Below are positions 47,709 to 60,597 of a stretch of 64,000 nt of DNA, one piece after another. The notes beneath the pieces were generated by a model, which was given only the letters and a program-made list of their open reading frames with translations, ran no database searches and was not told the DNA's origin. The stretch lies in NCBI RefSeq assembly GCF_009914755.1, contig NC_060932.1; one strand, given 5' to 3'. This DNA comes from the human T2T-CHM13v2.0 reference genome, Homo sapiens. The position numbers and the translations under genes are program-made. The first letter of the stretch is position 1. Every line of letters starts with the position of its first letter.

Positions 47709-49096
47709 CCACTGTTGATGGCTGAGCCAGTCATGCAAGGTGGCTACCCTCAGAAGATCTAAAAGCCGAGGACTAGGAGCATCAAAAATAAAACATTAGT
47801 ATTATACAGTTCAAGCAGACATAGTGGTGGCGGTGGTGATACAGGAGTATGACATTCTGGGAGAGAGCTGCTCTCGTTAAAGTGGTGGTTACTCTAAAGA
47901 GGACCAAGAAGATGAGATACACCATTAACAATGTGAGCCACCATTTATATGGTGCTTCCTGTGTGCCAACAGCCCTGCAAAGTGAGATTATAGGCATTAT
48001 ATCATTTGATCCTTCCCCAAGTTCTAGAAGGGGGATATCCATGATTAGCAGCATTTTAAAGCTCAGGAAATTGGAGCTTAGGGAAGTTAGTAACTGACAC
48101 ACTCATGTAGCTCATACACAGTGGAGCAGTAATTCGTGTCCAGGTCTCTCTGATGCCAGCTTCTACCTACTCATAATGGGTGGATTCCTGGCCAGCTTAC
48201 CTGCAGGGCTGCCCATTAAATGGTAGCTCCTGGCCAGGACCTTGTGGGGAGGGAGGTCTCAGCGAGCAAGGTTTGTTAGAGCAAATTGCTCTACTGGAGT
48301 ACCCAGAAAGCACGGGTTGTCCATCTTTCGTTCTGAGAGAAATCCCTCAAAGCCAAGTTTGGTGGGTTTGTCGCAGTTGCCGAGGCCTAGATCTGAACTA
48401 CAGGAAAGGCAAGAGGCTCCAGAAATTTAAATGACATCCACTCATGTTCTCAAGATATTTTTGAGATTGTAAAAGGAAATCAAACCTATGAATTATAATC
48501 AGTTGGAGCATGAGTGGAAGGAATCCAACTGGAGGTTGTTTTTGCAAGAGAGAGAGAGTTGCTGGGAAGCTACTGAGGCAGTTCCCAGAACCAGGGACGG
48601 GAATATGGCAGTTCTTGGGAACACGAACTTCAGAAGCCAGAGCCTGAAAAACAACGGGATTCTTTCTAACCTACTCTTAGAGCTACCTCTTTGGAAAATA
48701 GCTTCTTTCTTTTCTGTTTCAGCCTCACCCAGCTGCCATCAACTCTCAAGCTCTCATACCTCATATTTCAACCACCTGGAAAGGGTCGTCTCAGTTTCTT
48801 TTCCAGAAACCCTGTGGAAAAGACTTCGATATGGTGCAATCTGATTCATGGGTCCATATCTAAGTGGTGGACAGTAGCCTGGCGTGTGGTCATGTTGCAC
48901 ACGTGGCAACGTTTATGTTACTGAACTCGTGAAGTGGAAGGTTCCAAATGAACAGCTGAGGATGGGGCGGGCAACTCCATAAAGGTTCAATTGACATGTG
49001 CACCAGAGAATATCTGGACCAAACAAAATAATTTGAACCAAACACAAAGAATCCTATCTTCCAGAGGCAACAAACTGGAATATCCTAGTATGTTTC

Positions 49097-49407
<311 letters not shown>

Positions 49408-51053
49408 CTATTATATTTTTGGAGTACAGAGTTGTACTACATCGTTGAAACTATACGGCATACACTAAGTTAAAGTGTAGTTAGCAGAGACAAATTCTAG
49501 GTCTTAGGCTGAAGATGACATGAAGAGGGTTTCACTGTCAGAGGCTATTCAGCACCAAGGGGTTCATCTGTTTTTCCAATGAAAAACTAGACAAAAAGCA
49601 CAAAGTAAAAACTCAGTACATCAGTGATAAGTTTAAAGTCTCAGTGCATGTGCTTATGCCAAGGGATCACTTTAACACACTGAACTTAACACGCTCTTCC
49701 CCTGGCCGATTCTTTGTTGCTCTCAGCTAAAATCCTAACTCCTCGACGCAGCAAACATGGTCTTTTGTCACCTTGCCCTTATGCCCTGCTTCATTCTGAA
49801 ACTCTAGGCAGATTCATCTGACTGAAGTGTGCTCACTGATTTGTTTACTTACTTATTCATTCATCACACATTTATTAAGTTAGGCAATGCAGATACAGAA
49901 AGGAGTAAGACTTCTTTTTGCTTGAGACGCTCACAGCCTAACAGGGAAGGAAAATGAGTAATCAGGAAATATCTACAAGGTGACAAATACCAGGATAGAG
50001 GGAAGCCCAGGGTGCTTGCAGCCATGCAAACCCTTGAAGAACTTGCAGGGGTTTTCAATGAGGAAGTGAGGAAGGTGTAATTGTAGCTGCCTCACAGAGC
50101 CAATAGCTAGTATATATATCACTGTCTTTTGCTGTTCCAATGTTTCCACAAAACTGGCACCAAGACTTCCGTGCCAACTCCCCTGTGGACTGGCCTTCCT
50201 CTTTGCTGTCCATTTCTACAGTGTCCTCAGTCCCCAGTAAAGGAAGTGGCATGGAAGAAAGAGGAGCACCTTTGCTTCATAGTCACTGTCACCCCCTGCT
50301 CTCCTGGGCCTGCTCCAGCTCGTGCTGCCCACGGGGTTGGCATCAATCCCGCTGTTTCCTCCAGCCCGCCTCCCCGCAACCCCGCCACCCCATTTTCAAT
50401 GCCCACCAATATTGCTAGATGTCATGAGTCAGACCTGCCTGCCACACTCCTGGGCTGTTATGCCATTGTCAAAATTGACATCTCACTTTTCCAGTTGTTG
50501 AGTTGCCTTCTGCATGTGTAATTGCAAAAAAAGATCTTCCTCCTTTTGGGTTCACTGCTTATTTAATCCTAGAGTCACAATAAGAAAATGCGTCTAGTCA
50601 GTGAAATTAATTATGGAGAACATTTAGTGCCTCTGCCGAGGTGTTTGTGCAGAGATCGTTCCGAGTGTAGCAGAGAAAAGAAGCTCCCGATTCTCAGGTG
50701 AACAGGAATTGAGTGATTAAGTCTCAGAGTCAGGCAGGTCCCTGGACTTCAGCATTAGGTGGGAGTGTGTGTGCATGGTCTGTCTTTGGATGTGTGCACA
50801 TCTCTGTGTGTCCATGCATGTGTGTGCAGGTATGCTTACATAGATACTTGGAGGCCTGAGGACTGGCTTACGTGTAGGTGATTCTGCAAGCACAAGGGGT
50901 TCAGGAAGGTGAGAATTCATTCACTCATACATTTATTTACCAGCAGCAAAAGTATATTGGATGACTACTCTGTATCGGGTTTTATGTTTAGGTGTTGGGG
51001 ATTTAAAAATGAGTAACTTGAGATTTCTACCCTCAACCAACAGCTAGTCAAGA

Positions 51054-51282
51054 GCAGGGTTTCTCCACTTAGCACAATTGACATTTTGGATCAGTGAATC
51101 CTTTGTTAGGGACGGAGGTTTGTTTTGGGCACTACAGGATGCTTACCAGCATTCCAACTCTCTACCCACTCAACACAAGTAGGAAACCAACCCCCTACCC
51201 TGCAGTTGTGACTATCAGAAATGCCCGTTAGAGATCCCAAATGTCATCTAGGGGGCAAAATCACCCCCAGTTATGAAGCAGT
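51054..51282. mobile_element. MER20 DNA transposon
   Basis: cagggtttctccacttagcacaattgacattttgg...ctctacccact...gggggcaaaatcacccccagtt. Confidence 0.8.
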
Positions 51283-51869
51283 TATAAAAAATGTTGAAGC
51301 AGGTAATTTTGATAAGGTAAAGGGAGTCAAATTTAAAGGAGATCTTCACCGATGCTTGGGAGCTAAGAGGAGAGGGGGTAAGAAAGCATAGGAAGGTTGA
51401 AAAGGAAGATAATATCATCACAGGTGACTATAGCCAATTGGCAAGCCAAGCTCCAGACACAGGGCTGCTCTGTAGATGGCGGACAGGACAAGATGGGATG
51501 GAACAGCGCTGGGCCTGAGTAAAGACAGAGCTCAGTTGCTCGCTTGGTGCAGGGTAGGGCCCGTGTCATGGAAACTCAAATATCAGGTGCTCTCATCCAG
51601 GGTGGGGTCTGGGGTGGGGTGTGGGTGCAGGGCACAGGGAGAAGAAGGGAATGAATTCACATTACTGCAATCGTAGGAGAAGGAAAACCAGAGAGGGAAG
51701 GGAACCCCGCTGTCCTTCTGAGATGGACTTCAAGTGAGCTCCAAGGGGATGGATAGGTATGATTTTGGCCATCATCTGACAGTGGTGTCACGCACGATAC
51801 CTGCATGGCCTCCACTGATGAGTGGAAAGCACGTGGCTCTTAGTAGGTGACCATTAAGCCAGAGGAGGG

Positions 51870-52289
51870 TGATATAGTTTGGATATTTGTCCCTGCCCAA
51901 ATTTCTTGTTGAATTGTAATCTCCAGTGGTAGAGGTGGATTCTGGTGGGAGGCGTTGGGGTCATGGGGGTGGATCCCTCATGAATGGCTTGGGCCATCCC
52001 TTTGGTGATAAGTGAGCTCTTGCTCTGAGTTCAGACAAGATCTGGTTGTTTAAGTCTGTGTCACCTTCCCCTGCACTCTGTCTTGCTTGCTCCTGCTTTT
52101 GCCTTGTGACATGCCCGGTTCCCCCTTTGTCTTCCACCATGATTGAAAACTCCATGACGCTTCACCAGAAACTGAATAGATGCCAGCACCATGCTTCCTG
52201 TACAGCCTGCAGAGCCATGAACCAATTAAACTTCTTTTCTTTATAAATTACCCAGTTGCAGGTATAGCAATTGAGAACAAACCAATACC
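51870..52289 (+). mobile_element. MSTA-like solo LTR (MaLR)
   Basis: tgatatagtttggatatttgtcc...ggatccctcatgaatggctt...ataaattacccag; TSD g(a/t)ggg. Confidence 0.85.
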
Positions 52290-53871
52290 GTGGGGCTGAG
52301 CAGATTCCAAATCTCCAGTCTGGATGCTGGTGAAGATTTCCACTTCCTTGTGTGAACTGTGAGATAAGGTTGCCTCATGATGGAGGGCTGGAGAGTTGCC
52401 ATCAAGCCTGCTGTGTATTCATCCTCTGCTTGGGGCCACAAAGTTGCTATTTTAGGTTCTCTGTCTGCCTCCCATCTGTTTCCACCCAGAAGGCTGCAGG
52501 GCGACCCTTCCCCATTGCTTCCTGAGAGTTGTTCCTGTTTTCTAAATGCTCTGGCAATGACATCACACCAGGGTGGTTTGATCTCAGCCCGTGAAGGTCA
52601 CACCAACTAGGGCAGAGGTCACATCAACTGGGGGCCGGGGCAGGTATCACCTGTCACTGGGGGGGAAAGGCAGGTCCCTGGAAGGAGCCCAGCAGGCAGA
52701 AGGGACTGGGTTTACTCTGTTTCGATTTTTCTCTTTTTAACATGAAGATGTCTGTGGTTATAAAAGGAAGGTAATGCATGAGTCCTCCTCATGGCCCCCA
52801 GTTGTGAATGGGCCCCATCTACTTGAACGCTGCTTTTGATTTTTATTTCGTAGATGGGTTAGGATGAGTGCAGGTGGATTCCTCAAGGAGATCCCACAGG
52901 CTTAGAGGAAAAGTCCCCTTCCTTATCCCAAAGTCCCAGTGCTCCTGTGGGTGGGTGAGGTAGGTCTAAGGTCCGTGCCGGGGGCTCCATGAGGGTTCTA
53001 GTGGGAGGTCGGTTCCAGGGAAACTGCCCCCTTGGAACTGCTGAGAGCTGCACAGTTTACTCTGCTCAGAGTAACAAAGTGGGGGACCCCATAGGCCTGG
53101 GAGATACCCACACAGTCTGTGCAGGGCAGAGGGCAATATGGCCCCCATATCTGTCTGCCTACCTGGGACCAAAACTGTTCCTGGCACATAGCAGGTGCTC
53201 AGACGACATGACAACATTGCACTAAACAGACCAAACTGATCTAGTCTAATCCAAGTCACTAACCCCTTCTGTAATCTTGGAAGAGCCTCGTTGTTCCCAG
53301 CTGTAAAGCAGGCATCTCAATAACATTAACTTTGGACTGTTTTAAAGTTTAAATGAGAAATGGGCATAGACACTCTTTATGAACTTTAACAAAAGATTAG
53401 AAAGCTGCCTCTCAGTTACTACTGTGCAACTCTTCCAAATGTTAATTTAGAGTCTGAACATGCCAGTTTCCCCATGGGAATTGCTCAATTCTAATAGTTC
53501 TCTATGCTGTACAAACATACATTATCTGCCTAGGGCCCGGTAAAGCTATTTTCATTTTGAATGAAAAAAGTTAGAGCTTGTAAGTATTTTAATTTTTCCT
53601 GAAGTAGCTTTTGTGTTAATATAGGTTGTTCTGAATGTGTTAGAATGTCAGTATCTGGAGACAACATATGGAAAGGGAACAAGCTGGTGGGGAGGGAGCA
53701 GAATTTGTTCTTTGCAAGTCAGACTGTTTAGTTCCCTGGTATTCTCCTTAGTTATTGGCTAACAACATTTTCAGATCTCCAGTATGTCCCAGCAATACTT
53801 GACGGAAACAGGGCTCTAGTTTTAGGCTCTCCTGAGGCTGAAATGCAGGTGGCTAAGGAGGGGGTCAGAGG

Positions 53872-54995
53872 GTATATTGCAGCTTCCTCTTGCTGCTGTA
53901 ACAAATGACAATGAACTTAGTAGTTTGAAAGACACAAATTCATCTTTTTACAGTTCTGCAGGGGAAAAGTCTAAAATCAAGCTGTGGGCAGAGCTACATT
54001 CCTCCTGGATGCTCTAGGGGCAAATCTGCTTCCTTCCCTTTTCCAGCCTCTAGAGGCAGCCTGTCTTCCTTGGCTCATGGCCACATCACTCTGACCTTGT
54101 TTCTGCTTCTTTGACTTCGGCCCTCCTGCTTCCTTCTTATAAGGTCCTTTGTGATGACATTGGGCCTACCCAGATAATCCAGGGTAATATCCTATTTGCA
54201 AAGTCCCTTTGTGTTATGTACTGAACGCTTGTGCTCCCTCAATATCCATATGTTGAAGCCCTAACCCTCGATGTGATGGTCTTTGGAGATGGGGCCTTTG
54301 GGAGGGTTAGGGTTTACACTGGATCGTGAGAGTGGGCCCTCACAATGGGATTAGTGGCCTTGTGACAGTGATCACAGAAAGAAGGCCATGTAAGGATGCA
54401 ACAAGAGGAGAGCCAGCCATCTGCAAGTCAGGAACAGAGGGCTCTGGTGAGTGGTCAGTTACAGGGAAACCTGCTCTCTTGGAGCTGCTGAGAGATGGAC
54501 AGTTCACTCTGCTCAGAGCAACAAAGAAGCAGGACCCCATAGGGCTGGGAGATACACACGCAGTCTGTGCAGAGCAGAGAGCCACATGGTCTTTATATCT
54601 GTCTCCCTACGTGGGACCAGAACTGTGCCTGGCACATACCAGGTGCCCAGAGAGCATTGCGTTAAATGGAGCCAACCGATCTAGTCTAATCCAAGTCACT
54701 AACCCCTTGTGTAATCTTGGAAGAGCCTCACTGTTCCCATCTCTAAAGTGGGCATCTTAATAACATCGACCTTGAACTGTTGCTGCCAGAAACTGAGTCA
54801 GCTGGCCCCTTGACCTTGGACTTTCCAGGCTCCAGAACTAAGAAAAAACAAATTTGTTTTTAAGCCACCCGTCCATGGTAGGTTGTTAAGGCAGCCTGAG
54901 CAGACTAAGACACCATGGAAGGCCACATAGTCACAGGTTCTGATGAGGGATTAGGACATATACATCTTCAGGTGGCCTTTATTCAGCCTCCCACC
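53872..54995 (-). mobile_element. MLT1C-like LTR, interrupted at 54212-54912
   Basis: gctgctgtaacaaat...tctagggg...ccagcctctagaggc...cccagataatccagg...gcaaagtcccttt; resumes ccatggaaggccacatagtcacagg. Confidence 0.75.
54212..54912 (+). mobile_element. MLT1A-like LTR nested in MLT1C, itself carrying a ~340-bp foreign insert
   Basis: tgttatgtactgaa...atatgttgaagccctaaccc...ggggcctttgggagg...ccatctgcaag; resumes ccagaaactgag...gcagcctgagcagactaagaca. Confidence 0.8.
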
Positions 54996-55650
54996 GGGCA
55001 TTGTTTCCAGACAGCCCCAGGGCGAGGTAGGCTTGGGCAGGTAGCCTGGCCCAGAGAAGCTTCTCTCAGCATTAAAGTGGAAGGTCTCAGGCTGATCCGC
55101 CTAACGGGGATCTCACTTCCTCACATCTTGCTTCCATCCCTGGCCTCTATGTCTCTGGAATGAGTCTCAGAGACAAAGAAGTCCTTGTTCGTTCTTCTGC
55201 TCACTGAGGTGGAAACCCACATGCCTGGGAGATGTTCAGTCTGTGCAGGGCAGGGAGCCACACGGTCTTCATCTCTGTGTCCTCTCCAACCCCAGGACCA
55301 AAACTGCACCTGGCACATACCAGGTGCTCAGACTCCCACCAGGTTGGAGTCAGGCACAGGCCATGAGTTGAATCCTCTGAGGGCTCCAATTTAAAACTTG
55401 GGGGCTGGGTACTCTCATACTCCACCCCCACCCAGCTCTTGCCATCTTTCCATCATTCACTTATTCATATATTTCTTTGATGTATATCATTGGGTGCCTA
55501 CTCTGTACTAGGCACTCTTCTAGGGGCTAGAGATACATCAGTGAACAAACCAGGCAAATAATTAATGTCTGTGCAATAAGCACACGTATCAGTGACAGCC
55601 CCTACTTAGAAGTTCTTAGTTCCTCTCATCACGAAGAAATGGAGGCCGAC

Positions 55651-55737
55651 AAAAAAGGCACAAAAAAAAAAAGGAAAAAGAAAAAGAAAAAGAAAAGAAA
55701 AGAAAAAAGAAAAGAAAGAAAAAATAAAGAGAAAAAA
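55651..55737. repeat. A-rich / (GAAAA)n polypurine tract
   Basis: Seen directly; no attached Alu or L1 body. Confidence 0.9.
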
Positions 55738-58127
55738 GCCAAACAGTTCTTTGTTTCCCAAGGTCTCCTTGCAACTGGGGCCGCCAATCCTCTTCCATGC
55801 AGACCCAGCTTCCTGCACCCTCAGCTCTTCCTGCAGAGAGCTCATTCTAACCCACAAACCTGACCCTGCCAGATCCTTGCTTCAAAGGCTCCCCATCGTG
55901 GGCAGCACAGAGTCTGCAGTCTTGGGCGAAGTCAAGGTCGCCGTGGCTTAACCTCTGCTTCCCTCCTGATGCCCCCACTTCTGACTCATTTTTCTGCATC
56001 CCCATGGTACCTCATATCTTATCTCTGCTATGGCACCTCTCCCTTCAGCAACACCGGGATTCTGAACTGCTGATACAGAAAGAGCGCTCCAGGACTGTCC
56101 TCAACATCTGTATTCACATCCTCTGGCAGGTTTCTCCTACCAAGCTGCTGGCCTGTGGGAGGTTCACCTGATCCCCGTGTTAGAGTCCTGGTTTGCTGCA
56201 TCACGGACTTCATCAGGGGCTGAGTTTGCTGGTGAGTAGTACTTGATGCCGTGGGGTCTGGAGTCAGCAGGACCTAAAATGTAGACCAGATTCCACTCCT
56301 GACTGGCTGAGATGGACAAACCACTTCAACTTCTTCATCTAGGAAGAAGGGATAGTGATCCCCATCTCTAATGAACCTTAGGGACACTGGATCCAACCAC
56401 GTTTTCTGTTTTTGAGGAAATGAGGTCAATTTCCTCATCTCTGCAATGGGAAGTGTGAAAGGGCTCTTGGGATGAATGGAGCTAATATGAGCACAATGTG
56501 TGACACATGGAAGGTGCTCCATACATGAAAGTTATGATTGCATAATTATGTTTGTTGGTCTCACGGATGTTCTGTATTTTGCCATTCATCTGAGCCTCTA
56601 CAAGCAAAGTGTTCAATGGCCACAGCAGAAACTACTCTAGTTGTGCCTGAAATAATAAGACAATCTCCCTGTATCTGAGTTAGCACTGGTTATATGCATA
56701 TTTGCCATTTTAAATTTCTGCAAACTCTGAGTGAAGAGACGGATTTTTTTCTCAGATAGCATCTAAACAACCACCTGGTAGCCAGAATTTGCCCAATTTG
56801 AGCTCATCAAACACATTCATTCTCAAGATCCTTTTCCATTTGAATTCAGCTATCATTCACAGACACCCTCCGGTGCTTGGGGCTGTTTGGTAGACTTTTC
56901 ATGCCACGTGGATTTAATGCTGGTGACCGCTGGTGGGTCAGGTGTTAGTCTCATCATCTGACAGGGGAGGAAATGGAGCCATGGACAGATGCTCATTCCA
57001 CCAGGCCTGGTCTTCCAGAGATGAGTGAGGGCAGAGACAGGGCCTGGGGAAACTGCAGACAGGCATCGCTGGGTAAAGTCCTTTGCTGCTCTTTGTCTGA
57101 TGTCAGAAACACAGAGAAGCCTGGATCAGCAGCCAACAAGAGTGCATTTTCCAGGTGGGAGAGTGATTTTGGTCTCCTCACTTCTACAACTGAATAAAAT
57201 GCATCTGTTTCCTCACCCTGGTGAGCATGGTTTTCATTTCTTCTTTGAAAATGCTTCTGGAGCAATAGCTATTTGATAAGAGTCATTGCTGAAATGAAAA
57301 CTCCAAGGAGGTGAAATTAGAAAATATCTTCTGGGCTAGAGTGGAGTTTCTTGCAGTAGAGCTGGCCTGCTGCTTGGGCAATGCTGGGGTTTAGTGGATG
57401 TGGATGAGGAAGAGGCATGGTGGAGACCCCCAACTCCATTCACAACTGGCATTGGCACAGCGTCCTTGGCCTCCCTGCCACACACACACACACAAACACA
57501 CACACAATCTTACGAAGGTTGTATTTTCATCTCTTCTCTTCTCAGGCTTTTGTTTTGAGAGATGATAGGAGGCCATAGTTGTACAAAGGTAGCAACTGTC
57601 TTGAAACAGAGACACTGTATAATCCTGAGCAGAGAAATTGTGGCTGACCTTTAGAAGAAGGGAAGAGGCATGAGCAGAGAGAAGCCTCTAGAAGTGGATG
57701 GGTGGATAGATCAATAGAAATTGAAGGACATAGGCTCTCAAGCTGGACTTGCAGGTTTTGGTCCTGCTCCTCACCTCCCTAGAGGTATGACCTTGGGAAA
57801 GGTACTTACCTTTCTGTGTCTCAGTGAACTCATCTGTGAAATGGGGGTAATGATAATAGCACCTGACTCATCACATTACTTAGGACTGAATATGAGAAAG
57901 TTTAGAAAAAGGAACCTGTTAAGAGCAATGCCTGGCATATAGCAAGTGTTAAGAAAATGTGAACTCTTATTACAAGTGAATTAACATATCTAAGTAAAGC
58001 TGACAAGAGCTAAGAACACTGAGGCCTAGAAGGGTTTGTCATTTGTGTAGTCTCAACATGTCTCCTGAAAGAATATCTATGATGCATCTCCACTTCTGGA
58101 CAGTCAGAGGGAAGATGTAGGAGGGGG

Positions 58128-58523
58128 TGTATTATTCTATTTCCATAATGCTGTAAAGAACTGACCATGGCTGGGTAATTTATAAAGAAAAGAGAGGTTT
58201 AATTGACTCACAGTTCAGCATGGCTGGGGAGGCCTCAGGAAACTTACAATCATGTTCTAAGGGGAAGGGGAAGCAAGGCACCTTCTTCATAAGGCAGCAT
58301 GAAGAAGTGCCAAGCAAAGTGGGGAAGGGCCCCTTATACAAACATCAGATCTCATGATAACTCACTCACTATCATGAGAAAAGCATGGGGGAAACCGCCC
58401 CCATGATTCTATTACCTCCACCTGGTCTTTCCCTTAACACACGGGAATTATGAGAATTATGGAGGTTATGGGGATTATAATTCAAGATGAGATTTTAGGT
58501 GGGGACACAGCCAAACCATATCA
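58128..58523 (-). mobile_element. THE1D-like solo LTR
   Basis: ctgggtaatttataaagaaaagagaggtttaattgactcacagttc...ggaaacttacaatcatg...ggggacacagccaaaccatatca; G-rich TSD. Confidence 0.88.
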
Positions 58524-60281
58524 AGGGGGGACAGGGAGTCTGCCTCCATGGACTTTGCCTGCATGAGAGGAAGGGTCAAGTGTAGCCCAGGTGGAGAGGA
58601 TGAGGTGTTGAAGTTTTTTATCATACTCTAGACTGGTATAAAATGGGGCCCAAATCCTGGCATTCATAACAGTATGTTATTTAGAGTGGGAAGGGACCTT
58701 TGCCAGCCTTTAATCCAGCCTCTTCTTGTTTTCTATTTTAGAGCTGAGGAGATAGACTCAGAGGTGCTAAGGGACTTGTGCAGAGACACAAAGCCTGTGG
58801 GTTGTCACAGGTAGCACGTGGGCCCTGGGTACCTCGTCTCCCAGAGCACATGATTCTTGAGCTGAACCTCGGATTTTTCCTCCTCTTTTACCAACCCCAC
58901 GGGCTTTAGGGCACCCACACCACAGGGTGCAGAGGCAGTTCCCACAGGGCCTAAGGACCACATGCCTAATGAAGACATGGTGCTTGAAAAGTCAGTGATC
59001 TTTCCCTCCCCAACTAATTATGAATATCAGAAAAACTTAAGTGCAGTCCTGGCTAGAAACCATAAATAAACCCATTTTCCTGACGCTCCTTCCCTCTGGG
59101 TTATTTTATTATCTAGATGCATTTGGTTACTGAGCAAGAGACAGACAAACAGAAAGACTTTCTTCTTCCACGAAGGCCCTATCTGCTTTAATTCTCAAAT
59201 TTGGTCGTGAATTCTCAGTGGATGGGTTCTGAGACGGGGCATTGCCGTGATCAGGTTGGAGGGAGACACATGGTTTGGAGTGTGCGTGTTGTGGGTGATC
59301 CTGCTTGGCCAGGTGAGGAGGACAAGTCTCTGGGCCATGTTGCAGGATGGATCCTGGGGCTGACATGACCCTCCTGGTCCCCAGGCCAAACCTCAGATTC
59401 CTCCTTCACCACCAGCCCCACAGGCTTTGGGGCCCTGGCACCACCGTGTGCAGAGGTGGTCCCCCTGAGGCCTGAGGACCACATTCCTAATTAAGACTCA
59501 ATCTGTGTGGGAAGGACTAGGGCTGCCTGGAAGCACAGCTCTCCATTTCTGAATGGCCCTTCTGCAGCTGCAATCCCCTGCAAGGCTGCCCCCGTGATCA
59601 GCCACCTCACGCGGCAGGGGCGTGGGACAGGTAGGCCCTCTACGCCGTATCATCAGCCCCTGTCCCTCTCTGTCTTCATTTTGACCTTCTTGGTTATTTA
59701 ATTTTTGTTTCTCTCCCTCTCCTTTTCATGCCTATTTTTGCCCTTAATATGGAGTGCTCCTCTATATCAGGACCGTGGAATTGGTTTCTGTGATGGGGTT
59801 CCCCAAGTACCAAAAAAGAGATCATAAAGTTACTCAGAAGAGGCAAATGTGTGATTCTAGAATGTAGGGCTTTATGGGAAAAAAGAACGAGGGTGGCTGA
59901 AGTCCTTGAGTGCAAAGATAAATGCCTTCATATATAAATTAAATTACATTAAAAATAATCTTAAAATATATACATTTCTATATAACTAAAATGTGACTAT
60001 TTTAAAATTCATGTATATATATTAATAAAAATTATTAAGACAATAAAGATAGACTACAGGTAACAAAGTGTGAATAGGATTTGCTGTACCTGAAAATTGC
60101 AAGAAAAATAAAAACCAATTACACATGGAATACCCATTTAGCATCCTTTGTGCCCTGAAAGTCCAAGAGCTTCCTCTTCTGAAGCCTGAAGGAGACGTTC
60201 ACAAATGCGGTTTGTAGTAATTAACATTGTTTTTTACCAAGTATTTCTAGCTCTCAGCCCTCTGGTAAGATTGTATTTTCT

Positions 60282-60597
60282 TTTCTTTTTTTGAAATAGG
60301 GACTCACTTTGTTGCCCAGGCTGGAGGGCAGTGGTGTCATCTTGGCTCACTGCAGCCTTGACCTCCAGGTTCAAGTGATCCTACTGTCTCAGTCCCCCAA
60401 GTAGCTGGGACTATAGGTGCATGCCACCACACCTGGCTAATTTTTGTATATTTTGTAGACACGGGGTTTCTCCATGTTGCCCAGGCTGGTCTCCACCTCC
60501 TGGGCTCTGCTTGTTGAAAGTAAGTATGGGGAAGTGATCTGCCTGTCTTGGCCTCCCAAAGTGCTGGGATTACAGGCATGAGCCACCATGCCAGGAC
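60282..60597 (-). mobile_element. AluJ with a 24-bp internal insertion, beside an MLT1-type remnant (to ~60913)
   Basis: TSD agattgtattttct (60268-60281, 60598-60611). Confidence 0.9.

Noticed and set aside
49548-49568. REST/RE1-like TTCAGCACCA
   Set aside because: The right half-site (GGACAG) is absent.
55606-55863. Lys-rich and Phe-rich ORFs; possible orphan poly(A) insertion
   Set aside because: Products of the A-rich tract; no clear TSD.
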